From Octopus bimaculoides (lineage: Eukaryota): a stretch of 34,327 nucleotides of DNA. The notes beneath the pieces were generated by a model, which was not told the DNA's origin, did no database searches, and was given only the letters and a program-made list of their open reading frames with translations. The stretch is from NCBI RefSeq assembly GCF_001194135.2, contig NC_068992.1:61775596-61809922 (forward strand), in the 5' to 3' direction. Position numbers and translations under genes: made by a program. This document shows positions 10,281 through 22,495 of the stretch, piece after piece; the stretch's first letter is position 1, and every line of letters begins with the position of its first letter.

Positions 10281-11556
10281 AATATTATCTTCAGCTATAC
10301 AGTCAGGAAAGAATGTGAACAGAATAGGGTTTCTAAGGAAGAGTAGCAGAGATTGTCTTGATATTTTTACAGCAAATGTATTTCGTATCCACACAAACAA
10401 TCTCAGGTGTCTAGACCTCATTCAACGAAGAAGAATAGTTAGACTGACTCATTCACTATGGCGATCATACCAGAGACGGAGCTCATGAACACAGAGTTGA
10501 GGGTGATACCGATGGTGATGACTATAGCGATGATCATGATGTTGATTTAAAAGAGAAGTAGCACTCTTCAACGAATTGGAGTGTTTCCAAGCCGAAAAAG
10601 CAAACGAAATAAGAACCACCCACACCTTTCAGACAAATATATACCCATGAATGCGCTGAATGTTGTACTTTAAGTACGAGAGAACATGAATGTAACGAGG
10701 AGTTGATATAAATATAATTATAATAATATATGATCTTTTATATGCAACGAATGATAGGGAGGGTAGCAACAATAGCCATAGCACACAACTTCACCTGCAT
10801 AATGTAGTCACCATAGCAATAACTTTTATCCCATCCAGCAGCATCAGTATTTTGTATTTTCTGTTTTAACACTTTACTAATAGTGGTTAGCATATCCTAT
10901 AAACAATCCACCAACCATGTGTGGCCTGCTGTCTTTCACATTCATTTATTACCGTTTGTAGTGATCAACTTCTACTTTCCATATTAATTCTATACTTTTA
11001 ATGACGAATATAGGATGATATAAGTATAAGACGGGAGATTTTATGTACACACACACACACACACACATACAATACGTTTATTCTAAATATGAACCATACG
11101 ACAAAGTAATTTAGACAAGAAGGAAAATAAACTATTAACTAAAAATCCAAACTCATCCATGAAGTTAATGAATTGCTTAAAACTCTGAATATTTCATGAC
11201 AAAACTGTATAAACCAACAAGAGTACCCCAAGAAAAGTATCAAAAGAAATGAGTGAATCCTCTTATCTATCCTAAATAATTGCTACTGGTAGACATTTAG
11301 TAAGCATTTGAAACAACGGGGTCTTTTTGAAAGACCTTTAAGCTATACAACTAAATATATCTTTATGACTAATTATGACTAATTGCATGGTAATTATTGA
11401 TTAAAGATGAACATCTTATCGACGGCACTTTTTACATGCTCATTGTTTGGTCACTTATCACGGGAAATGAGATGTAAATTCGATTTTTCGCCTTGTTTTT
11501 GTGTAAATTATAAGTATTTTTAACATTTAAACAGCAGTGAAAATATATCTACTTCA

Positions 11557-11606
<50 letters not shown>

Positions 11607-12284
11607 GGGAAAATAAACCAAATATAGTAAAAAAGGAAACAGTAATTTAGATTAATATTCAAATACTCACAAGCAATTCGTTACAGATTTAATTGGGTTG
11701 GATAAAAGATATTTGCAACGAAGTTTATCCAGATATTGTTTAAATAATAAATACAACCAACTTATCTACTTCTGCAGATATTATTATTAGTATTATTATT
11801 ATACTACACGACACACATTCAGCTTAAAGTATATAGGACATTAATTATAATTAGTTTTAAGAGAGAAACGCTTTCTCCTCCTGCAAGAAGTACGTGTTGT
11901 AGTAGCCAAGCTAACGTACATTGGTTATAGAGTGGAGTCTATTATTAAAACAAGCCTGGGACAGGACAATAACAGAACAATGAAACATGTTCGGATGTCG
12001 TCACCAAACAACACTCAGCAAAAGTCGTTGGAAGGGGTCCTGTCGGAAAGAGGTGAGATGAGGCTGGAGAAAGCCCGGAGAGGGGGGCGGTTGGACTTGC
12101 TTAAATTGAACGAGAAAAGTCTTTAAATAAACAAAGTAAACTTGAAAAAGATGATAGATTAACTTATGAACAAAAAAAGAAAAAGACAGTGAGTATGGGA
12201 TATATTGCAGAGAGAAAGAAAATTGAGAGGCGAAAAATAGAAGAGCGAGAAAGAAAAAAAGAGAGAGTGAGGGGAGAATGTACC

Positions 12285-12430
12285 TTTAAGTGTGCCGGGC
12301 GAGCTGTTCTAATAAATGAACAGCTGATTGAAACACGCTGCTCTCCAAGGGCATTAACAAATGCATGAGGATATTAAGGTTTTATGCAGCAAGCGCCCCT
12401 CGACATTCAATCCCCACCCCCGCCTCTCCC
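12285..12430. promoter_or_regulatory. Candidate cis-regulatory module within a CpG-retaining intronic island
   Basis: The segment is non-repetitive and relatively GC-rich. It contains the inverted repeat AGCTGTTC-taataaat-GAACAGCT (12302-12325), an E-box CAGCTG, TGATTG, TTTTATG and CCCCACCCCCGCC. The evidence is motif presence only. Confidence 0.3.
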
Positions 12431-12542
12431 TTCTCTTCCTGTCATTTTTTTAAAGCCCTAATTCCAGTGTTCAAGATCTGTATGTGTGCATGATATAATT
12501 TGTTTATATATTTCGAGTGCACATATGATGTTAATTGTGTAC

Positions 12543-12582
<40 letters not shown>

Positions 12583-13804
12583 CATGGGAGTTTTAGCTTT
12601 ACCTTTTCTTAAAACAAAAGAAAATTTTTAAAAAAAAACTAATTGTATTATAGAAATTTAAAGAGATCTATCGAAAGCAAACTTGGTCGGTTCAAATGAC
12701 AACAAAAACACGTTGGGTCAAACAATAGAACTCATTGTCACCGACACCACCCGTTTCATGGTAGTTAACGACAAGAGAAAGAGAAGTAACAGGATATATA
12801 TGTTGTTTAACAATTAGACTGGACAGACAGATCGGCCGGATAACAGAGGACAGGTAGTAGTCGCTATTAACAAATTAGAAATTAAAAAGAATAAAAAATA
12901 ATAAACTGGTGTGATTAGGATAGTTGGATAATGGTTCAGCAATGGGACAGACATCAGGTAGAAAACAAATGTAGCTTGGTACAATAGAGATATAATAACA
13001 GACTTGGCACTGTCTTTTCCACCAGGAAGAAAGAAATGTGACGCGCGCTCGGATATGCACACACATAGAAGTATATATGTGCATTGTATATACATACCCA
13101 CACACGTTTCGTTTAACAAGTTCTCAATGACTGTCTCTTTATATACATAAAGTTCGAGATTAGTAGAGTATACCAGACTCCACTTCTATATCCAATGCAG
13201 TACGATGCGGGGCATCAAACTACGGGATATGCTAGCGTATGGAATACGAGTCATGTTATAGTGTGTTTGTGAGAGAGAGAGAGAAAGAGAGGGGGAGTTA
13301 GAGAGGGAGGGAAAGAGAAGATACTTAAAACTGAAAGATATAGAACGTTTTGCACATCATTTATTCGAAGTTGTCCATTGCTGATCATCATGCGATCAAA
13401 AAGGCTGAACATAAAATTTGGTATATAAACAGTGGACATAACTGAATATCTATCATAAGAATATCAAGGTATCTATCATAGAATGTTACAAAAGACATTT
13501 TTTGACGATATAATGGTTATTTGAATGAAAGGGCATGCTTTGATAAAGTAGAAAGAATATGTAAAAAAAAATATATATAGTAATAATATACATATAAGAT
13601 ACACACACATATTTACATATACGGATACATACGTAAGGTTGCATAGTTAAGCAGTTTACTTTGCAAATATATGGTCCTCGGTTCAAACCCAGAGCACAGA
13701 TCTTTGGACAAATATATGCAGGGCTCCTACATGTAATATAGTATCCAAGCAATTAGCAGATAAAGTTGAGGAGAGTGCAAGTCGGGTAAGCAGGTCACTT
13801 TATT

Positions 13805-14225
13805 TGAATGCATGACATGCAACTCCACAAGAGATAGTTTTACAGCAAACTGTTTGAGGGGAAAGTGCACACAAGGTGGACAGAAAGTGTTTCGAGGACA
13901 CACTCAAAGCTTCACTGAAAAGTTTTGAGATCAACCCCAACACCTGGGAAACACAAGCACAAGACCGCCCTGTTTGGTGAAGATTGACCAACAGATGTGC
14001 CACATCCTATGAACAAAAGAGGATTGGAGGGACACTAGGAAAATGTGAACTACACAAGTCCAGAACCAACTCTGTCTTCAGTCCCAAAGAGACCACTAAT
14101 GCCTAACTCCACAGCAGAGCCTTCCGAGCATGCATCAGATTGATTGCCCACAGCCAGGCATACTGCATCCGGTCTTTTTTTCCTCTGTGATGTCCTTGGT
14201 CATCGTCAACAATAATGGATGAACT
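13805..14225 (+). mobile_element. RTE/BovB-type LINE 3' end (RT C-terminus, CCHH-like remnant, 3' UTR)
   Basis: The frameshifted translation is MHDMQLHKR*FYSKLFEG/KCTQGGQK/CFEDTLKASLKSFEINPNTWETQAQDRPVW*RLTNRCATSYEQKR, then FRACIRLIAHSQ. This is the typical RTE-1/BovB C-terminus and differs from the other RTE relics here. Confidence 0.8.
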
Positions 14226-14428
14226 TAATAACTCATAATAATAGCAGATAAATAGTCTTTTTACAAGTACTAAAAAGTTTTAAAACAAATAAGGGAAATA
14301 ACTGCAATATGATCAGTCATTTGCTAGGTGTATTTAGTGAGGGGAGAGCCAGAAAATAAGAAGTTTACTACTGTTCCGTGCCACACGGATTAGAGGTATG
14401 AGGTTATCAGAAGCTTAACCCTCTAGTA

Positions 14429-17218
14429 CAAAGACGGGTAACCTGCAGCCTTCCAGATACTGGAAGCATTTTTCTTTGAGCCAATAAATTTAAACTCAAA
14501 GCAACAAGCACATAAAGGTAATATTTCCTTGTTAGCTACACCAGCCTAGTGGGATTAAGTGACTTCACATATGCGACATGAAGAGTTCCTGTCTCATCCA
14601 CCTTTTCCCTGTGATCTGTGTTACGTACTTTACTTAGTAATTGTGTAGTCATGGCCAAACTCTTAGTGACTTTTGTGAGACTGAGTTAGTTATAGACTTA
14701 TTTGAAACTGTAAATCCATCAGTGCGTACGCTAATTTTACAGACTTGCTTGTTATCATTGAGACTTGATAAGTGATACAATAATCATATTCATTGCTACT
14801 CTGCTAAGCCAACTGCACGCTGCTTCAAACAATATGGTCTTAGACAAGACACTATCAATCAGCATCCGAAACCATTTTCTTGGAATCTTGGTCATAACTT
14901 CAACAATTGTCATTATTTTGCGAGATTGGAAACCATCAATATTTGACATTATTTCTGCAACAATTAGCTAATGATAAATAATAGTACTTATTACAGAAAA
15001 AAATTATAGCTAATCTAGATGTTGTTCAGTCTCGAATGGTAGTATGCAAGTTTATCGTGTCTTGTCTAAGACTGTTTTATTTGGGTCAGTGTGCGGCTGG
15101 GTTTACTAGTTCATTATTAAACTTATTTTTTAATGGTTTTTCAAAAAAAATACATTTTTTTAAAACCCATAATTACGTCAAAAAACTTAAAACAAACTTT
15201 GAAAGAAGAAAACAAGATCTTCAATGAAGAACAGGAATTGCAATATTTTTTAATAAATGGATGCAAAATGTCTTACTTGTTTTGTGATACTGCAATTGTA
15301 ACAGTTAAGAAATTCAATGCAAAGCAACATTATGCTTTTTATAAAGACAATAAATATGCTAAATTAGAGAGTGAGTCTCAAAAGATAGCATTGCAAAAAT
15401 TGAAAGATGGAAAACAAAAGTAAAGGCAATTTTTCCAATCTGTGTTGCATCAAGGGAATGCTACGACAGAAGCCAGTTATAAAGTTGCATATTTTCTTGG
15501 AAAAAAAGGTAAGCCATTCAGTGATGCAGAACTCATAAAGGAATGTATTTTGGAAATGGTATGATGTATAGATCCCAATAAAGTTAACAAATATAAAGAG
15601 ATGCCTTTTTCAAGAAGGACTAATACAGATCAACAGCATGAATTGGCCTGTCATATAATGACAATTGAAAAAAATAATCCAAAAAGAAAATGTATATTGC
15701 TCAGAAGCTTTGGAGGAATCAACAGATTCCGCAGATTCAGCACAAGTATTGTATTTTATTCGTGCTATAACTGATGATTTTCAATTATATGAAGAATTAT
15801 TTGCTTTAAGCACCCTTAAAGGAAGGATGCAAGGGATAGATATTTTTAACAACTTCAAAGAGCAAGTAGGACTAAATTTCACTAATTTGGTAAGTGTGTG
15901 CACGGATGGTGCTCCGACTATGAAGGCTGAAAATGAAGGATTTATTGCACATCTTAACAGAGTAATCAAAAAACCAAATGTACTGATTTCTTTTCATTGT
16001 ATTTTACATCAGCAAAATTTGTCATTTTAAATGACACTTTATAGAAGGTTATAAGTACTGTAAACTGTATTCGAGCAAATGCCAATTTCAAAACATGCTG
16101 ATGATGGATAACAAAATTGTTAATATGTATGTTTTACCACTCAGAAATACGCTAGTTGTTGCAAGGGAAAGTACGGTCAAAATTTTGTCTTTACAAAAGC
16201 AAATAATTGACTTTTTCAAAGAAGACAATGTGATTTATCAGATACAAATTCTTACAGAGATGTTGCATTTTTATGTGATGTGATGTCAAAACAAAATGAG
16301 CATTGCAAGACAAAAATAAACGTATTTATGATATGTGGCAAAAAAGTTGGGGATTTAGAAAAAAATTGTCGTTTTTCAAGTTCCTTTTGGCTCAATCAAA
16401 CCTTTCAGAACACTTTCCTCAGCTTATGAAGGTAATGAGTGAAAATGAAGAAGATATCTATGAATCTTTTGAAGAATATGAGTCAGTTTTAGACTCATTA
16501 ATAGAAAAATATAATAAAAGATTCAATGATTTTGAAAAACATAACATCACTTTGAAACTTGCTTTTCAGCCTCACTTAGTTGATGTACCAGAGGCTCCTG
16601 AAGAGTTACAAAGGGAGTTTATTGAAATGTCTGAAGATGATATCCTAAAATCTCTGTTTGACAAGAGGGAAAATCCAATCGAAATTTGAAAAAATTCAGT
16701 AGAATATCTTCGTCTTCATGAACATGCGCACCAACTAATTTCCTGCATTTCTTCAACATACTGTTGTGAATCCATTCTCATTCTTGACGCAAATCAAGAA
16801 TTCACTGAGAATGCAATTGATAGATGAGCATTTGGAAGACCATTTGAAACTAAGAGCCACTGTGTTAGAGCCTGATTTCAAAATACTTTTTCAAAAAAGA
16901 AGAAAAAAAAACAAATTAAAAAAAGTCATTAATTTGTATAAAAAGTTCTTACTCGCCTCAATAAAATACTTGAAAATGTCTTGCTTTCGATATTATTCAT
17001 TTACTTATTATTTGTATAAAAGTACTTACTTAAATAAAATATTTGAAAAGTCAAGCTTTTGATTTCTACACATCTGTCTTTCTCTTATTAGATTACAAAT
17101 AAATTACTTAGGGGATAAAATAACTAAAAAAAAGAAAAATAATTTGTTCAATGCAGCCTCTATGAGGGATGATGAATTGTAGGGTGGCCTTCATGCATAA
17201 AAAGGTTCCCCCATTATG
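14429..17218 (+). mobile_element. hAT DNA transposon relic (Buster/SPIN/GTF2IRD2-EPM2AIP1-like)
   Basis: The left end is CAAAGACGGGTAACCTGCAGCC and the right end AAAAAGGTTCCCCCATTATG, an imperfect inverted pair (11/16). The left flank CTCTAGTA fits the nnnTAnnn target of the Buster group. A decayed transposase lies inside. Confidence 0.8.
15175..16910 (+). pseudogene. hAT transposase pseudogene (multiple stops and frameshifts)
   Basis: Motifs in order are KFNAKQHY; ASYKVAYFLGKKGKPFSDAELIKECI; ALEESTD..AQVLYFIR (first catalytic Asp changed to Glu); VSVCTDGAPTM; FHCILHQQNL; and the hATC end YCCES/FSFLTQIK..R..L.DEHLED.LKL. The likely start is mutated to ACG at 15175. Confidence 0.9.
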
Positions 17219-17415
17219 CTGTCAAATGTAATATTTATTCACAATGTTTTGAATTAATTCTGCATTACTTCATAGGTGCAAAATTTCAATGATGTGAATG
17301 GATAATTTTAGAATGACATTATAGTGTAGGTAAGAGGCCAACTCTAACCAGTTTGATCATAAAAGTGGTAGAATATTTGGGACAAACATGGCCAGTTTAA
17401 ATGCTAAAGCGTTAA
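17213..17415 (+). mobile_element. piggyBac-type MITE body; its first ~14 bp appear at 14415-14428
   Basis: It runs CTGTCAAATGTAAT..GAATTAAT..GGCCAGTTTAAATGCTAAAGCG|TTAA. The missing 5' start TTAACCCTCTAGTA sits immediately left of the hAT. Confidence 0.75.
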
Positions 17416-17714
17416 AGCAGTGTGTCGGAATGAATCAAAATGTTGTGCATGTACTGACAAGAGCTTGCTGATGCCAAGGAAAGAGAGAGGAAAAGTTACA
17501 AGAAACTACTGAATGATAATGATTTGGAAAGAGAGAGGGGGGAGAGAGGGGGGATGGAAAGAGAAAGGTTACTCCAAGTAAATCCATCAATTGGACCAGT
17601 TGCTGACGTTAAAAGCTATATAAAGATGATATTAGAGGAAGAGGTCATTGTTAATAACTAGAAACCAGTTAACCAGCCCTTATAAGCCCTAGAACTCACA
17701 ATAGTATTAACTGC

Positions 17715-18415
17715 TTCTTTCTAGCTCTCCGGGCAATAACACAAGGAATTTAAAACCATGTGACCAAGGGAACTTCTGTATGCTGATGACATAGTTTACA
17801 TAGCTCAGTGTGCCAAAGAATTCGAAAACAAAATTGAAATCTTAAAGATAACAAATAAAAAAGTTGTAACTAGCAGGAAAAAAAACAGACTATGATTATG
17901 CTCAATATGCAAAAGAAAAAAAAAGGAGTCAGTAGGAGTACCATATGATGAACCCCTAGTAAATTATGGGAGCAAAAAAGAGGTAGAATCCCAGCATGCT
18001 GACAGAGAAGGACTGTGTATATAGCAAATAGCAGCAAGATCATCCATAAAGCAATGTTTTTCAAATATTCAAAGGGTCCTATTATTGATAGCATCTAACA
18101 TCTGTTACCTAAGCGACAAAATTGACAATAGATGTTCTCAAAGCACAGAAGCCAGGATTAGAATGGGTTGAAAAAATTTCAGGGAGATATTACCCCTTCA
18201 CATTAGAAAAGGATTCTCCATCCCTGTGAAGGACAGGGATATTGCTTGAGTAAGAAGTGCACAGGTATTGTAGGGAAGCAAGCTAAATGCACTGACTGTG
18301 AAGAATGTGCAACAGATAAAAAGAAATGAAATTAACATACTCTGCTGGATGTGTAATATTAGAGTGAATGAATCACAGGGTACTAATGAGTGTAAGAATC
18401 ATCTTATGTAGTGAG
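17715..18415 (+). mobile_element. RTE-clade LINE reverse transcriptase relic
   Basis: It reads AITQ/EFKT..RELLYADDIV (YADD motif), then CYLSDKI..EARIRMG*KNFREILPL..KGFSIPVK and KRNEINILCWMCNI. Confidence 0.85.
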
Positions 18416-18849
18416 CTAGAATGAAGACTGAGCTGGTATGGATGTGTGTATGTATACATACATACATTCCTTCCTTCCTACCTACATACATACATACATA
18501 CATAGGTGTACATGTAAGATTCCAAGTAGTACCACATTGAATCCACTTAAACAACAGTGGCACCATTCATGTTCATTTTCAATGAAATATCTGACAGTTG
18601 TTCAACATGTGAAGACATGGAATAAAGTACTTTCAAACTACTGAACTGATTGATACCTGGAAAGACATACTGCAATAGAATAAGATCTCAAGAAGTTTCA
18701 AACAGACATGAAGAAAATGATGATGATGATGATGATGGCAGTGGTGATGATCATATACACAAGAAGTATTTTCTACAGGACAAAATCTTTCAATAAGTGT
18801 CTAATTGGTATATTTTGCACTGCCTGAAAGTGTATTTTCTACACAATGT

Positions 18850-19530
18850 TGTTGAAATGGCTTGGATGAATATCTGGTGGGGTGACATTACTTTAATGAG
18901 TATGTAGCTCATATTTTTCTGAGATACTGACATGGCTTAGATGGATTTCTATCATGGAGAATGAATTGAATATTTTTCTGTGGTGGTGATATGGCTTGAA
19001 TGTGTTTCTTTCTTGGTGATATGCTTTGCATTTCTGTCAGTAATCATAACATGGCATGGAAACATTTCTGCAATGGACGAAAGGCTGAGATGTATTTCTG
19101 TGATAGTGACATGGTTTCAATGTGTTTCTTTGATGACGACTTAGCTTCAATTTGTTTGTAATGGTAACATATCTGGAATGTGTTTCTGTGATAGATATAT
19201 GTTTCTAAGACGTTAATATAGTTTGGATGTGTTTCTGTTCTGATGTCATGTCTTAGATGTGCCTTGTTCATGGCGACGTGGCTCAAATACATTAGTTGTA
19301 GTGACATACCTGGTTTACAGGTGTTTCTTTCATGGTGACACCATCAGATGTGTTTCTGTGATGGTAATATCTTAGATGAATTTGTTTTTGTGGTGATATG
19401 GTTACTGCATGAAGCTCTGATGGTGACATGGCTTGGATATATTTGGGTGACATTGTTTAGATGTGGTTCCTTCATGACATACATGGGATGTGTTTCTGTA
19501 ATAGTGACATGGCTTGGATGTGTCAAAGAC
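18850..19530. repeat. Degenerate ~30-bp minisatellite (consensus near GTGACATGGCTTGGATGTGTTTCTGTGATG), roughly 20+ units
   Basis: GTGACATGGCTT and ATGTGTTTCT recur at ~30-nt spacing. Minus-strand ORF pieces read THPSHVTITE. Confidence 0.8.
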
Positions 19531-20336
19531 ATGTCTCTATGATTAGTGCATTATAACACATATTACATACAGATATGGCAAGTCTTAATTTGTGAATATC
19601 AGATGGAAGATGGAAAGTCTTTGTACTTGCACTGAATAAAATTGAATTGAAGATTAATAATATTTAGTCTAAAGAAGGGTGACAACATCCATATAAACAC
19701 TTCATAAACCTCTGGACAATGTGAGAATTTCTGAGAGTTGTGGAACAGTATAAGTAGGTGTGAAGAAATGGTTTCATGTAAGGATTAGATGCTGAAACAA
19801 GTCTTGGTGAGAACAGGTGAAGCAAATAGATGAAGTGTACAGAAAACTGCTGTGTAACTGTTATAAAAAAGACTAATAGAGGAAAAATAATATCTGGGTA
19901 TTAGTGGAGGTGATTTATCAAAGAGTGAAAATTTTATTATTAGTTGAAGTATGATTTTTCATTACTATTTACATTATTTGTGTATAAAAAATGCATCTTA
20001 GATATATTAGTGGTATTGTGTAGTGTAAGTCACACTTGTTGCCTTGACTGCATGCAATCCTATTGAGAGATTTTCCAAGTCATACAGCCTCTGACCATCT
20101 CCCTGATAAAAATGTACCCCTATGCACAATTTCAGTCATCTAGGTGCAAAAATGCAACCTTCAGCTAGGAACATACAAAATATATACAGACATTACATAT
20201 ACATGTGTATATTATGTGTGCACATTTATCAATCATATATGTATAAACATGTTTGTCTTACCATACACATGCAAAAATATCTTTAAGTGTACATAGTAAG
20301 AGAAAGGAAGGATAAATGTAGAAAGGGGGAAAATAT

Positions 20337-20369
<33 letters not shown>

Positions 20370-20545
20370 CCTGAATGTAGTCACGTGTTCTGCATGTCAT
20401 TTGCATTCAGAGACATAAAAAGGTACTTATGTGTGTAATACACATGGATAGGTAAATGGGTTTGTAGGCTAAGAGAAGGAAAGCATGAAATGTATGAATA
20501 CATATGCATGTATGTACATTACATATTTAAAGATACATTTTTCAG

Positions 20546-20552
20546 CAATAAG
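20546..20552 (+). CDS. Candidate 7-nt microexon (CAATAAG) of the FERM-like gene
   Basis: The context is catttttcag|CAATAAG|gtgagt. It converts phase 1 (from 8537) to phase 2 (required by 23563), giving T|CA ATA AG|A = Ser-Ile-Arg. Confidence 0.5.
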
Positions 20553-21384
20553 GTGAGTAATTTGCAGTTTTGTCAAGCTTATTTATTAACAGTATAAATT
20601 CAAGATCACGCGTTTGTGTCTGTATGTGTATCTGTATGCATGTATGTGCATTTATATATGTACATGTGTGCATGCATGTATACATGTGTGTATACATATG
20701 TATTGTTCATTATCATGCAACATCTGTCTTCTATGCTGGCATGGGTTGGAGGGTTTGACAGGAGCTGACAAGCCAGAGGACTGCACCAACTTCCAATGCC
20801 AGGTCTGGCATTGTTTTTTGTCTGGATGCTCTTCCTAATGCCAACCACTTTACAGAGTAACAGGATATTTTTTACGTGGTACCAGCACTGGTGAGATCTG
20901 CTTTGGCATGGTTTCATGTATGTGTGTGTGTATAATTGGAAGATAAAATAAAATCAACATTTGAATAGCAGCCTAACTACTTTGAAAAATGAAACACTGA
21001 CAAAGAGAACAAAGGGGAGATATTTATGAGTGGATATATAATCTGGTTTATTCGTCACACATGATCAAATGACTGGCCTGAGTACACCCACATACATTTT
21101 ACACACATACACACTGCTGCACTTTGGGAGGGCCAGCCTACACACAGAGACTGTGATTCACTTCTGGATTACTAATTAATTAAACAACAAGATTCCATTT
21201 CAACATAGGATTCACCATCAAGAAACCAGCTAATACATGCAAGGTTTTTATGTTAAAACCAATCTAGGTTAATAATAATCTCTCATACACATCATAGAGA
21301 AAATTCAAAACAAACAAAAAAAAAGACACTTTTCTTGGCAATTTGCTGAGATTGAACAATTTTCTTTAATAATAATAATAGTAA

Positions 21385-21535
21385 TAATGATGACAATAAT
21401 CCTTTCTACTATAGGCACAAGGCCTGAAAATTTTTTTTTTTTTTGGGGGGGGGGCTCGTCCACTACATCAATCCTAGTGCTTTACTGGTGGTTATTTTAC
21501 TGACCCCAAAAGGTGTTTGAACTCAGAACATAAAA
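21385..21535 (-). mobile_element. SINE family B fragment
   Basis: It is the reverse complement of the family B 3' half (CCTTTCTACT..AGGCCTGAAAATT..TTATTTTACTGACCCC..GAACTCAGAAC). Confidence 0.6.
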
Positions 21536-21683
21536 AAAATTTCTTAACTGACTCATGATCAAAATACACACACACAGTGTTTGCCCAAGTGACTTGAAAT
21601 AATAATCAATAGTTGCCATTATTCGTTTCATTTTCAGATGCCGTTTGTTTTCATCACACTTATTATCCACCTTATTTTATATT

Positions 21684-21739
<56 letters not shown>

Positions 21740-22035
21740 CACACATACATCATACATATATAATGGTAGATTCCCAAGTTCGAGAAAAACATTTCTGTAA
21801 TTCCATGCTAAACAACCAGTGAAAATGATTTGTTTATAGTGATCAAATGCTTGTGCTGCACATCAGCTCCCCCCCTCCCTTCCTCAGATCGATATCATCT
21901 GTAGGGCATGGTGCACCAAACATCAGATGTAGAAGTGATCACAGAGCAACATGATCATATATATACTCAAGAACACAATGCAAACCCACAGTCTCACAAT
22001 CATGAGTACAGCACCTTAACCACTGCCACGCACCC

Positions 22036-22077
<42 letters not shown>

Positions 22078-22376
22078 ACACCCACATGCACACATGCATG
22101 CACAATAATTGTGTTATCCTCACTGAAATTAATGATTGTCAATATTTCGTGGGGGAGTTATATAACTACATATTAATATGTATGTTATATAATATAAATG
22201 ATACACTGTTGTGTATGTATGTGTGTGTTCCAATTGACATAATTTCAATTTGCAAGTTGATTCACAAAAAGAAACAACCTAGCATGTAAACCGAGAGAAA
22301 ACTGCTTATACCTTAAACACACACACTCAGCATATAACACAAGTATAACATATATACAGCAATGTTTAATATACAG

Positions 22377-22422
<46 letters not shown>

Positions 22423-22450
22423 CTTATAATATATACTTTTACATATATAT

Positions 22451-22495
<45 letters not shown>

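Noticed and set aside
10385-10700. Acidic reading frame RDGAHEHRVEGDTDGDDYSDDHDVDLKEK
   Set aside because: It is short, bounded by stops, has no convincing splice sites and shows no recognisable domain. It may be a TE remnant.
14755-14971. Hydrophobic ORFs resembling a small membrane protein
   Set aside because: They lie in the hAT 5' subterminal region, start with non-ATG codons, and have no supporting motif.
18850-19530. Possible CRISPR-like repeat-spacer array
   Set aside because: The units are directly tandem and degenerate with no unique spacers, the context is eukaryotic, and there are no cas genes.
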